Source of the DNA: Carcharhinus longimanus
Taxonomy: Eukaryota
NCBI GenBank assembly: GCA_030264375.1
Contig: JASCQW010000098.1
Coordinates: 45,550,077-45,614,076, forward strand
DNA: 64,000 bases
Reading direction: 5' to 3'
The position numbers were made by a program, and so were the translations under genes. The notes under the pieces are model-generated. The model searched no databases. It saw only the letters and a list, made by a program, of their open reading frames with translations, and had not been told where the DNA came from. This document shows positions 36,855 to 48,210 of this stretch, in pieces. Numbering within the stretch: position 1 is the first letter of the stretch; every line of letters starts with the position of its first letter.

Positions 36855-38650
36855 TATTCACTTACAGGATGGGGGCATTGCCAGCTAACCCAGCATTTAT
36901 TGTCCATCCCTAATTGCCATTGAGATGGTGGTGGTGAGCTGCCTTCTTAAACTGCTGCAGTCCATGTGGAACAGGTACACACATGTACCACGTGCTGTTA
37001 GGAAGGGAGTTTCAGGAATTTGATCCAGTGGCAGTGAGGAGACAGTGATATAGATGGTCATTGTTTGGCACTTTGTCTGGCATGAATGTTACTTGCCACT
37101 TAACAGCCCAAGCCTGAATATTGTCCAGGTCATGCATTTGGACATGAACTGTTTCAGTATTTGAGAAGTCATAAATGTTGTTACACATTGGGTAGTCATC
37201 AGCGAATGCCTCCATTTCTAACCTTATAATGAAGGGAAAGTCATTGATGAAGCAACTGAAGGTGGTTCGGCCTAAGACACTATAAGGAACTTGTAAAAAT
37301 TCCCTGGGACTGAGGTAACTGCCTTCCAACAGCCACAGGCGTCTTCCTTTGTGCTAGGTATGACTCTAACCAGTGGAGAATGTTCCCCCTCAGACTTCAG
37401 TTTTGCTCACATTCCATACTGGCCAAATGGTGCCATGATGTTCAGGGCAATCACTCTCACTTCAACTCTGGAATTCAGCTCTTCTGTCCATGTTTGGTCC
37501 AAGGTTATAATGAGATCAGGAGCTGCGTGGCCTGTTAGAACCCCAAACTGAGTGTCAGTGAGCAATTATTCCATGTAAGTGTTTCTTGAGAGCATTGTTG
37601 ATGCCACCTTCCATCACTTTGCTAATGATTGAGAGTAGACCAATGGGGCAGTAATTGGCCAGGATTTGTTCTACTTCTTGTGGACAGAACATACCTCAGC
37701 AATTTTCCACATTGTTGGATAGATGTCAGTGTTGTAGTTGTGCCGGAACAGCTCAACTAGGGGCATGGCTAGTTCTGGGGCACAGTTTTTCAGTACTATC
37801 ACAATGTTTTCCACGCTCATCGCTTTTGCAGCACTCACTGCCCTCTGCCATTATTGATATCACATGGAGTAGATTGAATTGGTTGAAGACTAACATCTGT
37901 GACTCTGGAGTTCTGAAGGCGACTGAGATTGATCATCCACTCAGCACTTCTGGCTGAAAGTGGTTGCTAAGTCTTCAGTCTTGAGACTTCATGGGATTTG
38001 GGTTTGAGATTGAAGACTCCCACGGCAACTTCCTCACAATTGTGTACCACTGTATCACCCTCTCTAGTGGCTTGTCCTGCTGGTGGGATAGAACGTACCC
38101 AGGAATGGTGTCAGTGGTGTCTGGAATATAATCACACTGGCAGAGTCATACTGTACAGGCAATGGCAGTCTGTTGCTTGATTAGTCTGTGAGACAGCCCT
38201 TCCAATTTAGGCATAAGGCCTCAGATGTTAGTAAGGAGAACTTCGTAGGTTCAACCAGGGCTGAGTTTATCATCATCGTGACTGATGTCGGGTGGTCTGT
38301 CCAGTTTCATTTCTTATCGACTCTTCTGTTGTGGTTTGTTACAACTGAGTGGCTTGTTGGGCCACTTTAGAGAGTATTTAAGAGTCAACAACATTTCTGT
38401 GACTCTGGAGTCACCTGTAGGTCAGACCAGTTAATATTTCCTGCTTTTAAAAACATTAGTGTATCAGATGGATCTTTACATCAACCGTGGTTTCATGGTC
38501 ACTGTTAGACACGTTTTTAATTCCAGATTTATTAATTGTTGGTAAATTCCAGCAACTGTTGTGTTGAGATTTGAACCCATGTCCCCAGAGTATTACCCTG
38601 GGCCACTGGATTACTAGTCCAGTGGCATTAGAACTACACCACCACTTCCC
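36855..38650 (-). mobile_element. CR1-group non-LTR retrotransposon, decayed and internally deleted, with tRNA-like 5' head and no visible ORF1
   Basis: Minus strand: head 38650-38340; endonuclease start (PKLEGLSHRLIKQQ..IPGYVLSHQQD) ~38250-37990; RT (ANYCPIGLLSIISKVME..QFG..SVLGRTTFSCFINDF..FADD..DLDNIQAWAVKWQVTF) 37660-37070; tail to ~36855. Confidence 0.8.
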
Positions 38651-40845
38651 GGAAATGATGCTGTTATGCACTCATACTTCTAGGTTCAGGAAGGCAAAAT
38701 AACTCAGGATTTTTCATTTTTGATTAGGGTATTCATGTCGATTGATGACAGAATTGGGCTGGCTCACAATATGTGTGTAGATAAATGGCCTGTTGATACA
38801 CACTGCCTAGAATCACCCATGAATAATTGTTACGTGGGTGAGAGTTCTCACTTAATTCCCGCATTACAGCAGAGTTAACATCTTAAAAGGGTGAGATGAA
38901 AAAATTGACAGAAACAAAGAACTTGTTGCCAAACGATATGTATATAATTAAAGATCTTTTTCTGTAGATTGGAAGGGGATTAAGCTGGCACCAGTTACGC
39001 CTTACTCCCTCTTCACAGATGTGCCCTTATCCACGGAGAACGATTAAAGATCATCTTTTGGGGCAAAATAAAGTCATTTTCTAAGAGCAAATTCAATCGT
39101 ATCCTGAGTGTAGTTCAGTTTAAAAAAAAAATTCTAGTTTTGTTGGCAACTTTAGTTAATCTGACTTTTTGTACGCAACAGTTACTGACTTGGCATGTTT
39201 ATGAGCAAGGCAGGTGAAGTGTGTGAGGAGGAGGTGGGGTCAGTTCTAAGTCAAGAGATAAGTAAACCCTCTTGCTAAATGAAATAAACCCACAGCACTT
39301 ACTGTTGAGTTATTAGCCATAATTAGTATAGAATGTCAAGGCAGGTACCCAGGTGTTCTTGGAGGATATAATGTCCTATAAAAGTCAGACATTTATACAG
39401 TTATGGAGCCATGCTTGAGAAACAGAAAAGAAAGCTGACAGCCAAAATATTAAGAAGTGTAACCTGCAGTAAAGTATTTTGTGAATGTGGAGGTTCTTTT
39501 GGTGCCTGTCAGATTACTGTTATCCTGCTATATTCAAAGTGGCAAGAAGGTAGATTAAGCAGGGGGCTGTGCTGATAGTAACTGTAGCCTGCTCTGACAC
39601 AAAGTAATTACTGCTGGTCCACGAAGGCTGTCTGGCCTGAAATGCTTTGCTTAGCTGAACGGATGGAACCATTGTGGGCCGAACAATTGTTTGCAACTTG
39701 CATGAATGTGATGTTGTCATGGAAAAGCTGAAGACTTAGGGGAGGCTGTGTTTCCTTGGGAAGAATGCCAACCTTGTATGATTTACAACTTGGTGACTGC
39801 AGCGTTATTAAAGGGAAGCAAGTTATGGAGAAGGTAATTCAATACAGGGCAGAAGAGAATATACCTTTAATCATGCCCTAAGAGAATCTGTGATGTTTAC
39901 TCCCTTCAGATTTTACGAGCTTGAAAAATCAATCTGCACTGTCCCTGTGCTATAGTGGGAGTTACAGGTAGTTTAGAAGCAGGTCATGTTTCAGAACATG
40001 CGAGTTGCGTTGGCATTAAAAAAGAGTTGATATACACCTTTAAAGTGAGGATTTTTCATCTGTTTTACACACATCTTTTCAGACATTGTAGTCTTTTTGG
40101 CTTGATTTTTCTTATGGTTTTTAATTTTCTTCATACTTCCATCTTTTCACGTCTGGCCTGTCATTCCTCGGAATGATTTTGAAATATAGTGGCTCAAGAG
40201 GCAAGTGCCAAGTAGTGATGATGCCTTTTAACTCTGCATGAATGGGAAATATAAAGAATTCCTGAAAACAACATTTCAGATTTTTAAACTAGTAATTAAT
40301 TCACAATAATGTTCTCTGAAAAAGTTTCAGCTCTTTAGTTGTGGTTTTATAAAAGATAGAGGAATGAGAAATTCTATCTTTATGGCCCCCATGCTATCAG
40401 AAAGAACCATAGAGATGAAAGAGATTTATTCTTATGTTTTATTGATCATAGTAAGGTATCTGATAAGGTGAAACATGATGAACTGATGAACATCCAAGAG
40501 TCTCTTGACCTTGGTGGCAAAAATCTGAACGTAATGAGGAATCTATTTTGTGAACAACTGCAGCCTTAAAAGTTGAGAGTGATCTTGTGAAGATTAAAAG
40601 AGAGGTCAGATAGGGGTGTTTACTCCCTAGATTTATTCAGTTTGTACAGTGGAATTATTCTCAGAGATTGAAGATTTCTGGTTTATTATTTGAAGGTTAC
40701 TAATAATCAGGTGAACATTGGTGTGGCAAAGGAAGAAACTGGAGCCAGAGTGCAAACTGCTTTGCCCTTCCACATATTACCCCACACAGATGGAAACTGG
40801 TTCTTGTGCATGCACTCAATTGTCACAGCACTTGCAACATTAACA

Positions 40846-40858
40846 GATTCCCTTCTTT
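40846..40858 (-). promoter_or_regulatory. Polypurine tract
   Basis: Minus strand aaagaagggaatc immediately precedes the 3' LTR TGTT. Confidence 0.75.
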
Positions 40859-42619
40859 AAAAGAAAAGAATGTTAACAAGTGCATTTTTGCAGACAAGGC
40901 TTCCAAAAAAAAGAGAAATAATTCTTACACTCCCAAGGTTTCTGTCATGAAGCATCCCTCTTCTTCGATTACCAATAACCTCTCACTGAAAGCATTCCAT
41001 TTGGTAAAACAGTCAGACAATTGATGTCTTATATCTGTCCATTTAAGTTTGGAGATTTATTTTTCCTTTAACATTTGTTTCAAACTTGCCATATCAATTC
41101 TTAACATCTTCTCATTCACACATTTTGTGGAGAGCACATGATCCCAAAGGGAATGGTTGTCTATGCAACATTCAATAGGCATGGTTTCTTTGGCATCTCC
41201 TTGATATAGAATTTCCCTTAATTTCTTTGATTAAAAAGTATGCCATATAAACTGCCTTGACAAGCTGAAGAGTTTCAGCAACCAGAGTACTTTTTAATAT
41301 TCTCCTTACTTTGTTGGCTTCTCAAGCCAAGGGGCAATATTTCTCACCTTCCCCCAAATGAAATATTATAAAACCAGCTACACTTTAAAACCCATCACCA
41401 AGATTTACATGAGCAGCACCATTAAAAATAATCAATTTTATATTCCAGGGATCATTCCAAAGATGGAGATTTATGCACATATTTCTCCTTTTGTTTTTCA
41501 GTGTTTTGTTTGCCTGTAAATTGACCTGAACTGTTGGATGTTTCATTACACTATTTATTTCTAAGGTATCAAAACTTGTATCTGATCTTGTATCTGTGCC
41601 CCGTCAATATGGGTGTCTAAATAGACCACTCAGCTGCTCCATCTCGGCTTTGGAAGCATATGCATGTTTTTGTGAGGACTATTGACAAGATTGATTATGA
41701 TAATGTTAAGGCTTTCTAATTGTTGAAAAAAAAGTAACATCAGACCATTTTGACTTTTTTGCAATCAAAAATATTTTTAAAACTCTGACTCCCAGTCTTA
41801 AATTCTGTTCTAAGCCTGTCAACAAAATGTCATTTGAACTTGCTAGTACCCACACCGTATAAAGTCATCAACGTGCATTATAACATGTCCAAGAGTTTCC
41901 TGCCATGGTACCAGTGAAACATGGCAGGATCCAATTTCAACTGGAAATGGTCCAACTTTAACAAAAATGACCTAAATGAAAGTGCCATACCAATTTTGTC
42001 TACAATTGGTTGCTTGTCCCTTCAATTTATCAAAGAAAATGGGCTGAATCTAGTTGCCATGTATGCAAAGTGCAACAAGAAAACTCTCAATCCCTGTCGC
42101 ATATCTTTAGGTCCGTAGCCACTACTCATTAAATTTTTAGCCAAGTAGAAGATTGCAACAGGACATGATGGTATCTTCAATATTTGACACAAATATTGCA
42201 TTGAGATGTGATTTGCTCAATAACAGCTTCATATCCCATTGACTTCTCCAGCATCCTTCAGCAGAGCATTTAATTTCTGTGATAAAGGGTGTGTGAATTG
42301 TCTATGTAATTTCCCAATAATGATTTTTCAACAGCCGGACTCTCATCCCCTGAAGCCAACAATAATGCCTGGACTTCTTGATGAGAAACATCTGGTTTAC
42401 TCAATGGTATGCAGTAGTACCCTAATTGAACAACATATAAATCCACAGCTTTCCCGAATACATGTGCTTTGCTATTTTCCATATCTAGTTTCATCTGGGC
42501 TTTTTTCAATGAAGTCTTGCTCAGCAATAAAGATATCTTCACTGGTGACCTCATTAGTGCTAATGAAGAGACTCATTCCAAATATTTTGCAAGGAGTGGC
42601 CACCCTTTTTAAAGACTTA

Positions 42620-42746
42620 GACTGGAATTTTACCAGCATGTGTGCCCCAATTCCGGGGGGTGGGCAAAGCTTGGAAAACGCCATTCTCCATTGGCCTCGG
42701 GCAGGATCAGAGAAACCTCAGGTAGACATGCCAGTAAATTCCGCCC
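42620..42746. mobile_element. PIF/Harbinger-like MITE inside the Copia protease region
   Basis: TTA TSD (42617-19 / 42747-49); termini gactggaattttac / gtaaattccgccc; removal restores FGDNNTL-SLKRVATPCKI. Confidence 0.8.
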
Positions 42747-43945
42747 TTAGTGTATTGTTGTCCCCAAAACTAGAGTTGACGGATCTTTCATACACTTTAA
42801 TCTGATGCTGATCTTCTATATCTAGAAATTCCAAGTGACATTGAGCCAGTCCACCCCACTTGGGGTGGATCTGCTTTTGAACACCACACAGTTTAACAAA
42901 TCAATGACCTGATCATCATTGGACTCAGGCTCCTAATAACCTATACAATACCTTCAGGCTGTTCATTCTCAGTGTCAGAATTGCCCAGATCATGCATTAC
43001 TTCATAGGCTTGATTTTTGTTTTGGACAATTCATGGCATAATGATATTTGGAATCACAAAAGAAAGTCTGCTAATCATTCCCAGTGCATTTCTAGGATTC
43101 TTACATCTACAGTTGCCATCCAGTCTTGCTTTTTGTCTTACCCACAAATGGCCGAAAAGTGTAGCCCTTCTCAGGTTGCCCATCAGAAACTAAGTCTTTG
43201 TACCAATGACACTACATCTGGTATCTAGGTGGTCGTGAAATTCAGCAATCATGGACTCCTCCATTCTTTGCATCACTGCAGAGCTGCCTTTCTTTGAGTT
43301 GATAGTGGTTAGAAATGATTGCATTCCCAAATATTGTTTTAGGGCAGCAGCCATTTGATCTAAAAGAAATTGAACCCCATAAGCACCAGACGTCTGTCTA
43401 TATGAGATTTGTGCACAGTCTTGTAACTTGAATGCAAGCACAGATTCTGGAATCTCTAGCTCAAACTTTGTCAGTCTCTGATATAACCTGTTGAAGTTCA
43501 TAATACACTCTCCGTAGAATGTTGTCCATCTTAACTTTATCAGGAGTTGACCATGCCGCATTGACTTCCAATAGATTATCTTTCTTGTAAACCATATCCA
43601 TAAACTGTAAAAAAAAAAGTTAATCCCTCTTCAGTATTCAAGTTAACCTAGTTCAGCTGTAAAAATACTTTCCTCCTGATCTTGCTTGTTCCTGGTGGTG
43701 ACGAAGTCAAAACCATACTTTGTGACTTTTTGGATAACAAAGTAACCTGAATCCACATTTCTACCTCATTTCCGCTGCTCATCCAATTCAACCTCTGGGG
43801 GGAAGAAACAGTCGATAATTAAACTTTGAGAATTTGCATCAGTCCTCAGCCATTTTGCGCAGGAGGCTGCAGAGACTGGTACGTTTGTCAGTAAAGATTG
43901 ACAAAAATCTCTCCCTCGGCTTCCAACCTGCACAAATTGATGTCA

Positions 43946-43959
43946 ATCCTCTGCTACCA
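43946..43959 (-). promoter_or_regulatory. Primer-binding site for initiator tRNA-Met
   Basis: + strand atcctctgctacca equals the 3' 14 nt of vertebrate tRNA-iMet; abuts the 5' LTR. Confidence 0.88.
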
Positions 43960-44342
43960 TGTTGTTCCAGTAAACATCTATCTGGCAAAGAGAGAATCTG
44001 GAGCTAACCTGTCTCCAATGTTATTTTGTTCACATAATTCAGTATAACATAAGTGCAGATACCCTTCCCTTCCCTTCCACATGGCTCCTCCACACTGGTG
44101 GATGCTTGCTTTTATATATGTGCCAGAAAACTTCCCCAATTAGTATCAGCTACTCTTAATCAAAGCTAGAGAATGCATTCAATTGTCACAGCATTTGCAA
44201 TATTAACAGTTACGTTCTTAAAAATATACGTCAGTGACACTGGGAATTCTGGAATGCTGCATCATACTAATTTTGACATAAGGCAGAGAGTGTTGAATGA
44301 TCATTGAAGCATTGCGCAGAAGAATTGAGGTTGCCAAGTTGT

Positions 44343-44539
44343 GGGGTGGGATTCTCTGGCCTGTTTCTTGCAGCAGGAGCTGATGTGTTGTTGCCTGGTG
44401 GCGGGATCTTCTGGTCCCACCACTGTCAATGGGATTTCCCATTGACTTCACCGCACACTGCTGGGAAACGTGCGGCAGGGGTGTACCATCAGCAGTACCT
44501 GAAGATCCTGCAGGTGTGAACAGCTAGAAAGTTCCGGCC
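44343..44539. mobile_element. Palindromic PIF/Harbinger-like MITE
   Basis: Similar termini; central hairpin gtcaatggga-tt-tcccattgac. Confidence 0.7.
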
Positions 44540-45699
44540 ATAGTCACGCTATCAATGAAGAGGTACGAATAAAATCTGAGACTAAAGAAAATGCTGCTTA
44601 ACAGGATCAGGAAGAGATGATTGGAATTTCTCAGACACGTATTAAGAAATCATGATTTAGAAAGTCGGATGCTCATGGGAAAGCTTGATGGTACAAGAGG
44701 TCAAGGTAGGCAATGCTGACTTGGGGTATGGACCTGGAGTGAGAGAGAGGAGATAGAGATTAGACTGAGAATATCAAAGCAGCCAAAGAGACAAAGTCGA
44801 GCACTTTTTATCCTGAGTGAAGACTTCTTCCCAGATTGATTCTTCATTCAGAACTTTCTATCATTATTGCCAGAATTATTTACTGTACATATAACGCTGA
44901 ATCAAATTGGCTGCATGTTGGCAAAATAAGAGATAGAAATGATTTTTTCACCATGTATTTATATATCTTTTAAATGAATTTTTAATATACTTTCCACGTG
45001 GTTTTAACTGCTGTATAATTTGAAAATATGTGTTTGTGGTGCACTCTGAATAATGTAAACATGTATTTTTTAATCTGGCAGGGAATGTCACAGCAGTCCT
45101 CAAATGGTTAAAAGTGGAACCCTCTGACTTTAATGATTAGACTGAGAGTATCCTCCCACAAGTTTTAAGAAAGGCAGCTTCTTTCCCTGTTGTGAAATTT
45201 CCCCGAATGTGCCAATGCTATTGACTTGTGCCAAGTCAGGTTTGGTTTCATATGAAAACTGTGGGAATGCACAATCGTGAACATTAGCAATTAGGGCAGT
45301 AACAACCAGTTATTTTGGTAATCAAATATCCTTCATTTTTTTTAANNNNNNNNNNAGACAGGTTAAACTGCTCTGAAAAGAGGAGAGCCAGATAGTTAAT
45401 CCCAGTCCTAGGGCTTGTATTGAGGGAGAGACCTTCGTTAATTAATTTAGCACTATTGATCCAAAATTTTAGTGAATGTTTGGTTTGTTGCTTTGCCAAC
45501 ATCAGGTTTCCATAGACAGAGCAAGTGGTGGTTTCTTCAATTTCTTTCTAATATAAAAAGTACTTGTATGTTTTTTTTGGAAATTAGTGTTGGACTGTTA
45601 CTTGATTAATTTGAAATGATCTGTCATGATCACTAACTTATAAGTCATCCCAAGACATGAAGCTTTCTGACTCAGTTCTGGAATTCCACCCCCATATAC

Positions 45700-45880
45700 C
45701 TCTCTTGTTCACCTTCCTCCTTCAAGATGCTTCTTAATATCAACATCTTTGACCAAACCTTTGGTCAGCTGACTTAATTGCACGTTCTGTGACTTGATAA
45801 CTTTATTTTGTAATGTTCCTGTGAAGTACCTTGGGATGTTTCACTGTGTTAAAGGTGCTATATAAATGTAAGTTGTTGTT
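45700..45880 (+). mobile_element. L2 LINE 3' tail
   Basis: ctttgaccaaacctttggtca..cctgtgaagtaccttgggatg..aaaggtgctatataaatgtaagttgttgttg. Confidence 0.7.
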
Positions 45881-45990
45881 GTCTAGTGACAATGGAATGT
45901 GGCATCTGGAGGGAAGTGGAAACTGCATTGTGCATCGAGGCTGGTGTGGGACCAGCCAGAGGCAGAATTTCAGGGGATTGGAGGTTCTTT

Positions 45991-46305
45991 TGGGCGGCAC
46001 AGTGGTTAATACTGTTGCCTTACAGCTCCAGGGATCTGGGTTTGATTCCCAACTTGGGTCACTGTCTTATGTGGAGTTTGCACATTCTCCCTATGTCTGC
46101 ATAGATTTCCTCCAGGTGCTCTGGTATCCTCCCACAGTCCAAAGATGTGCAGACTAGGTTGATTGGCTAGTGTCCTGGGACTTGTAGGTTGGGGGGATTA
46201 GTGGGGTAAATGTGTGGGGTGTGGGGATAGGCATGGAGTGGGATTGTTGTCGGTGCAGACTTGATGGGCTGAATGGTAGTCTTATGCACTGTAGTGATTC
46301 TGTGT
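45991..46305 (+). mobile_element. HE1 SINE
   Basis: Head, V core, HER1-like tail. Confidence 0.9.
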
Positions 46306-46869
46306 TTCATGTCCTTACTACTACTTACACAAAACGTTGCCTGTGACTGTCTTAGGGACTTGGACAGGTGCCAACGTCATGCAGGAACATGAAAATTGAA
46401 AGGAAGACTATTTTATTTAAAGATTGAAAAATAATTAGTCCTGGAGCAGCTTCAGGGTAGGCTGTGATAAGGCAATGAGCAGCTGAGGTTAAGGACTGGT
46501 CTCTCAGCTTGTCCTGGAGCTGGAAAAAATATCTGAAGGTCACTGTGGACACATGCCATGTTCTTCATAGCTTTCCTCCCTCATAACTGTTTGCACAGTG
46601 ACTTTCATTGTTATTGATGACAGAAAAGTCATTGCACAAAATTTGTGACAACAGGAAGTAAGGCCTGTGAACAGCAAGGTAGTTCAATTGCAGATTTTTA
46701 AGGTATTCAATTCATTTTAGAAAATGAAATGACTTTGAGACAGGTAGAAAACAGAATTGCAGGGGGCAAGCACATCATTGAATCTTTGTCCTTGGGGTTT
46801 ATATTGTTTTCCAAACCACTTGATAAGATTACTCATGAATAATCATTATTTTCTGAAAAGTAGAGTTAA

Positions 46870-46995
46870 AAAAGGTTTCAAAGAAGAATTTTACTGGATT
46901 CAATGCTGTTTCTCTCTCCATAACTGCTCAGTTTTTCCACCACTTGCTGTTTTCATTCAGATTGCCAGCATCTGCAGTATTTTGCTTTTATTTTA
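46870..46995 (+). mobile_element. Penelope-like terminal repeat fragment
   Basis: ctgtttctctctcca..cagcatctgcagtattttgcttt, as at 34185-34278. Confidence 0.6.
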
Positions 46996-48074
46996 TGCAA
47001 TAAGGACATTTTGATTCTTTGAATATAACAGTAAGGTAAAAACATCTGTATGTTTGTAATGGTCACTGATGCAAAATAGTTGTCAGGGTCAGTATTGGCT
47101 GTGAGCTTTCTGCAGTGGAATAGCCTGTCAACATTCAACATCCTAGGTAAACCTGAAGAATGGCTACGTGGGAAAGTCACCCAATGGTGAATGGTCATAT
47201 ATCAAAAAGTAGCAATGTCCTCTCGACTATTGTTGTCCAGTTGGATTTTGATGTTTGCAAAACTTGCAGCAATCAGGTCAGCATATTCACCACATAATAA
47301 AATATTAATAAAACAAGTGTGAAATCTTTTGAAAATAGCTTTGAGGCTTTAAACAATCAGCAGTCAAGATTAATAGATTCACTGCCAGAGCAGAAGAAAA
47401 GCTTTAGAAGTAATTTGCTATCCAACTGTTTTGCAAGGAAAGCCTACTCAAAGGGTGGTGACAATCTGTTAACTTAAGTGTACTGTTGCTGACATTGTGC
47501 TTCAATTTATTTTTTAAAAAATTTCTTCAAGAAGAAACTTCCTCTATTTTATCTGAATTGGTATATTCAGAAACTCGAGCAATGAAAAAGATTGACAAAT
47601 GTCTACTTAATGACCTTTGCACTCAGACTCTTGCCTTGTTTATGCTCTGTCATATGTCATTTTCAAACATAGCATCCAGACATTTAATACACCTTTGGCT
47701 CATGGCCGACCTCTTGTAATCTTACCTGTTACACCAATATTCCCCAGATATTTTAATCACCTGTTTCAACTGATCTATCAATATAAAGGCAACATACATT
47801 TGGATATTGCTGCACCGAACAGCTTGCATAAGGTACTCAGAGGGTGCACATTTCAACCCTTGTTGATAGCTAAGCCGCACTTTTTGTCACTCGTACATCT
47901 CAAGTATTTTCATAAACCGCCACTATTACCGAAACAAACAAAATAACATTCCCTATGTCATTAGATTCCCCAAGAAAATTCCTGCACATCTGAATGTTGC
48001 ATCATTTAGTGACACAAAGAGAGAGCATGAACAGAGAAGGTAACTAGCAGTGAATTATTTTTTCTTGTTTCATT

Positions 48075-48210
48075 AAAGAGATGTGTAGGTTAGGGGGATT
48101 AGATGGATAATATATGGGGTTACATGGATAAGGTCTGGATGGGATGCTCCATCGAAAAAATGGCGCAGGCTTGATGGGCTAAATGGCCTGTTTCTGCACT
48201 GTAGGGATCC
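48075..48210 (+). mobile_element. HE1 3' fragment
   Basis: gatgtgtaggttagggggatt..gatgggctaaatggcctgtttctgcactgtaggg. Confidence 0.85.

Larger units (their letters stand above)
40701..44208 (-). mobile_element. Ty1/Copia LTR retrotransposon (GalEa-like), decayed, both ends present
   Basis: LTRs 43960-44208 and 40701-40845; TSD GTTAC (40696-40700 / 44209-44213); PBS TGGTAGCAGAGGAT; PPT; order gag (ESVLAFKL, CDSKYHYAMNC) - PR - IN (KLHRQFTHP..CNIC) - RT (MHVDDF) - RH (LRIDMASLKQML, QLSDCFTK). Confidence 0.88.
40340..44790 (+). mobile_element. RTE-clade LINE remnant (40340-40700 and 44209-44790) split by the Copia and a MITE
   Basis: LCFIDHSKVSDKVKHDELM..RNLF..KREVR.GC..LFSLYS left of the insertion; GYVLKNIR..DT (YADD region) across the TSD; RIRKR.LEFLRHV..MLMGKLDGTRGQGRQ to the right. 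Confidence 0.75.

Noticed and set aside
42239-42805. Longest ORF in the window (188 aa, +)
   Set aside because: Antisense to the Copia pol and runs through a MITE
47167-47174. Isolated CGTGGGAA and scattered TGTGGGAA RBPJ-like sites
   Set aside because: Numbers are compatible with chance in 64 kb; no paired-site architecture seen
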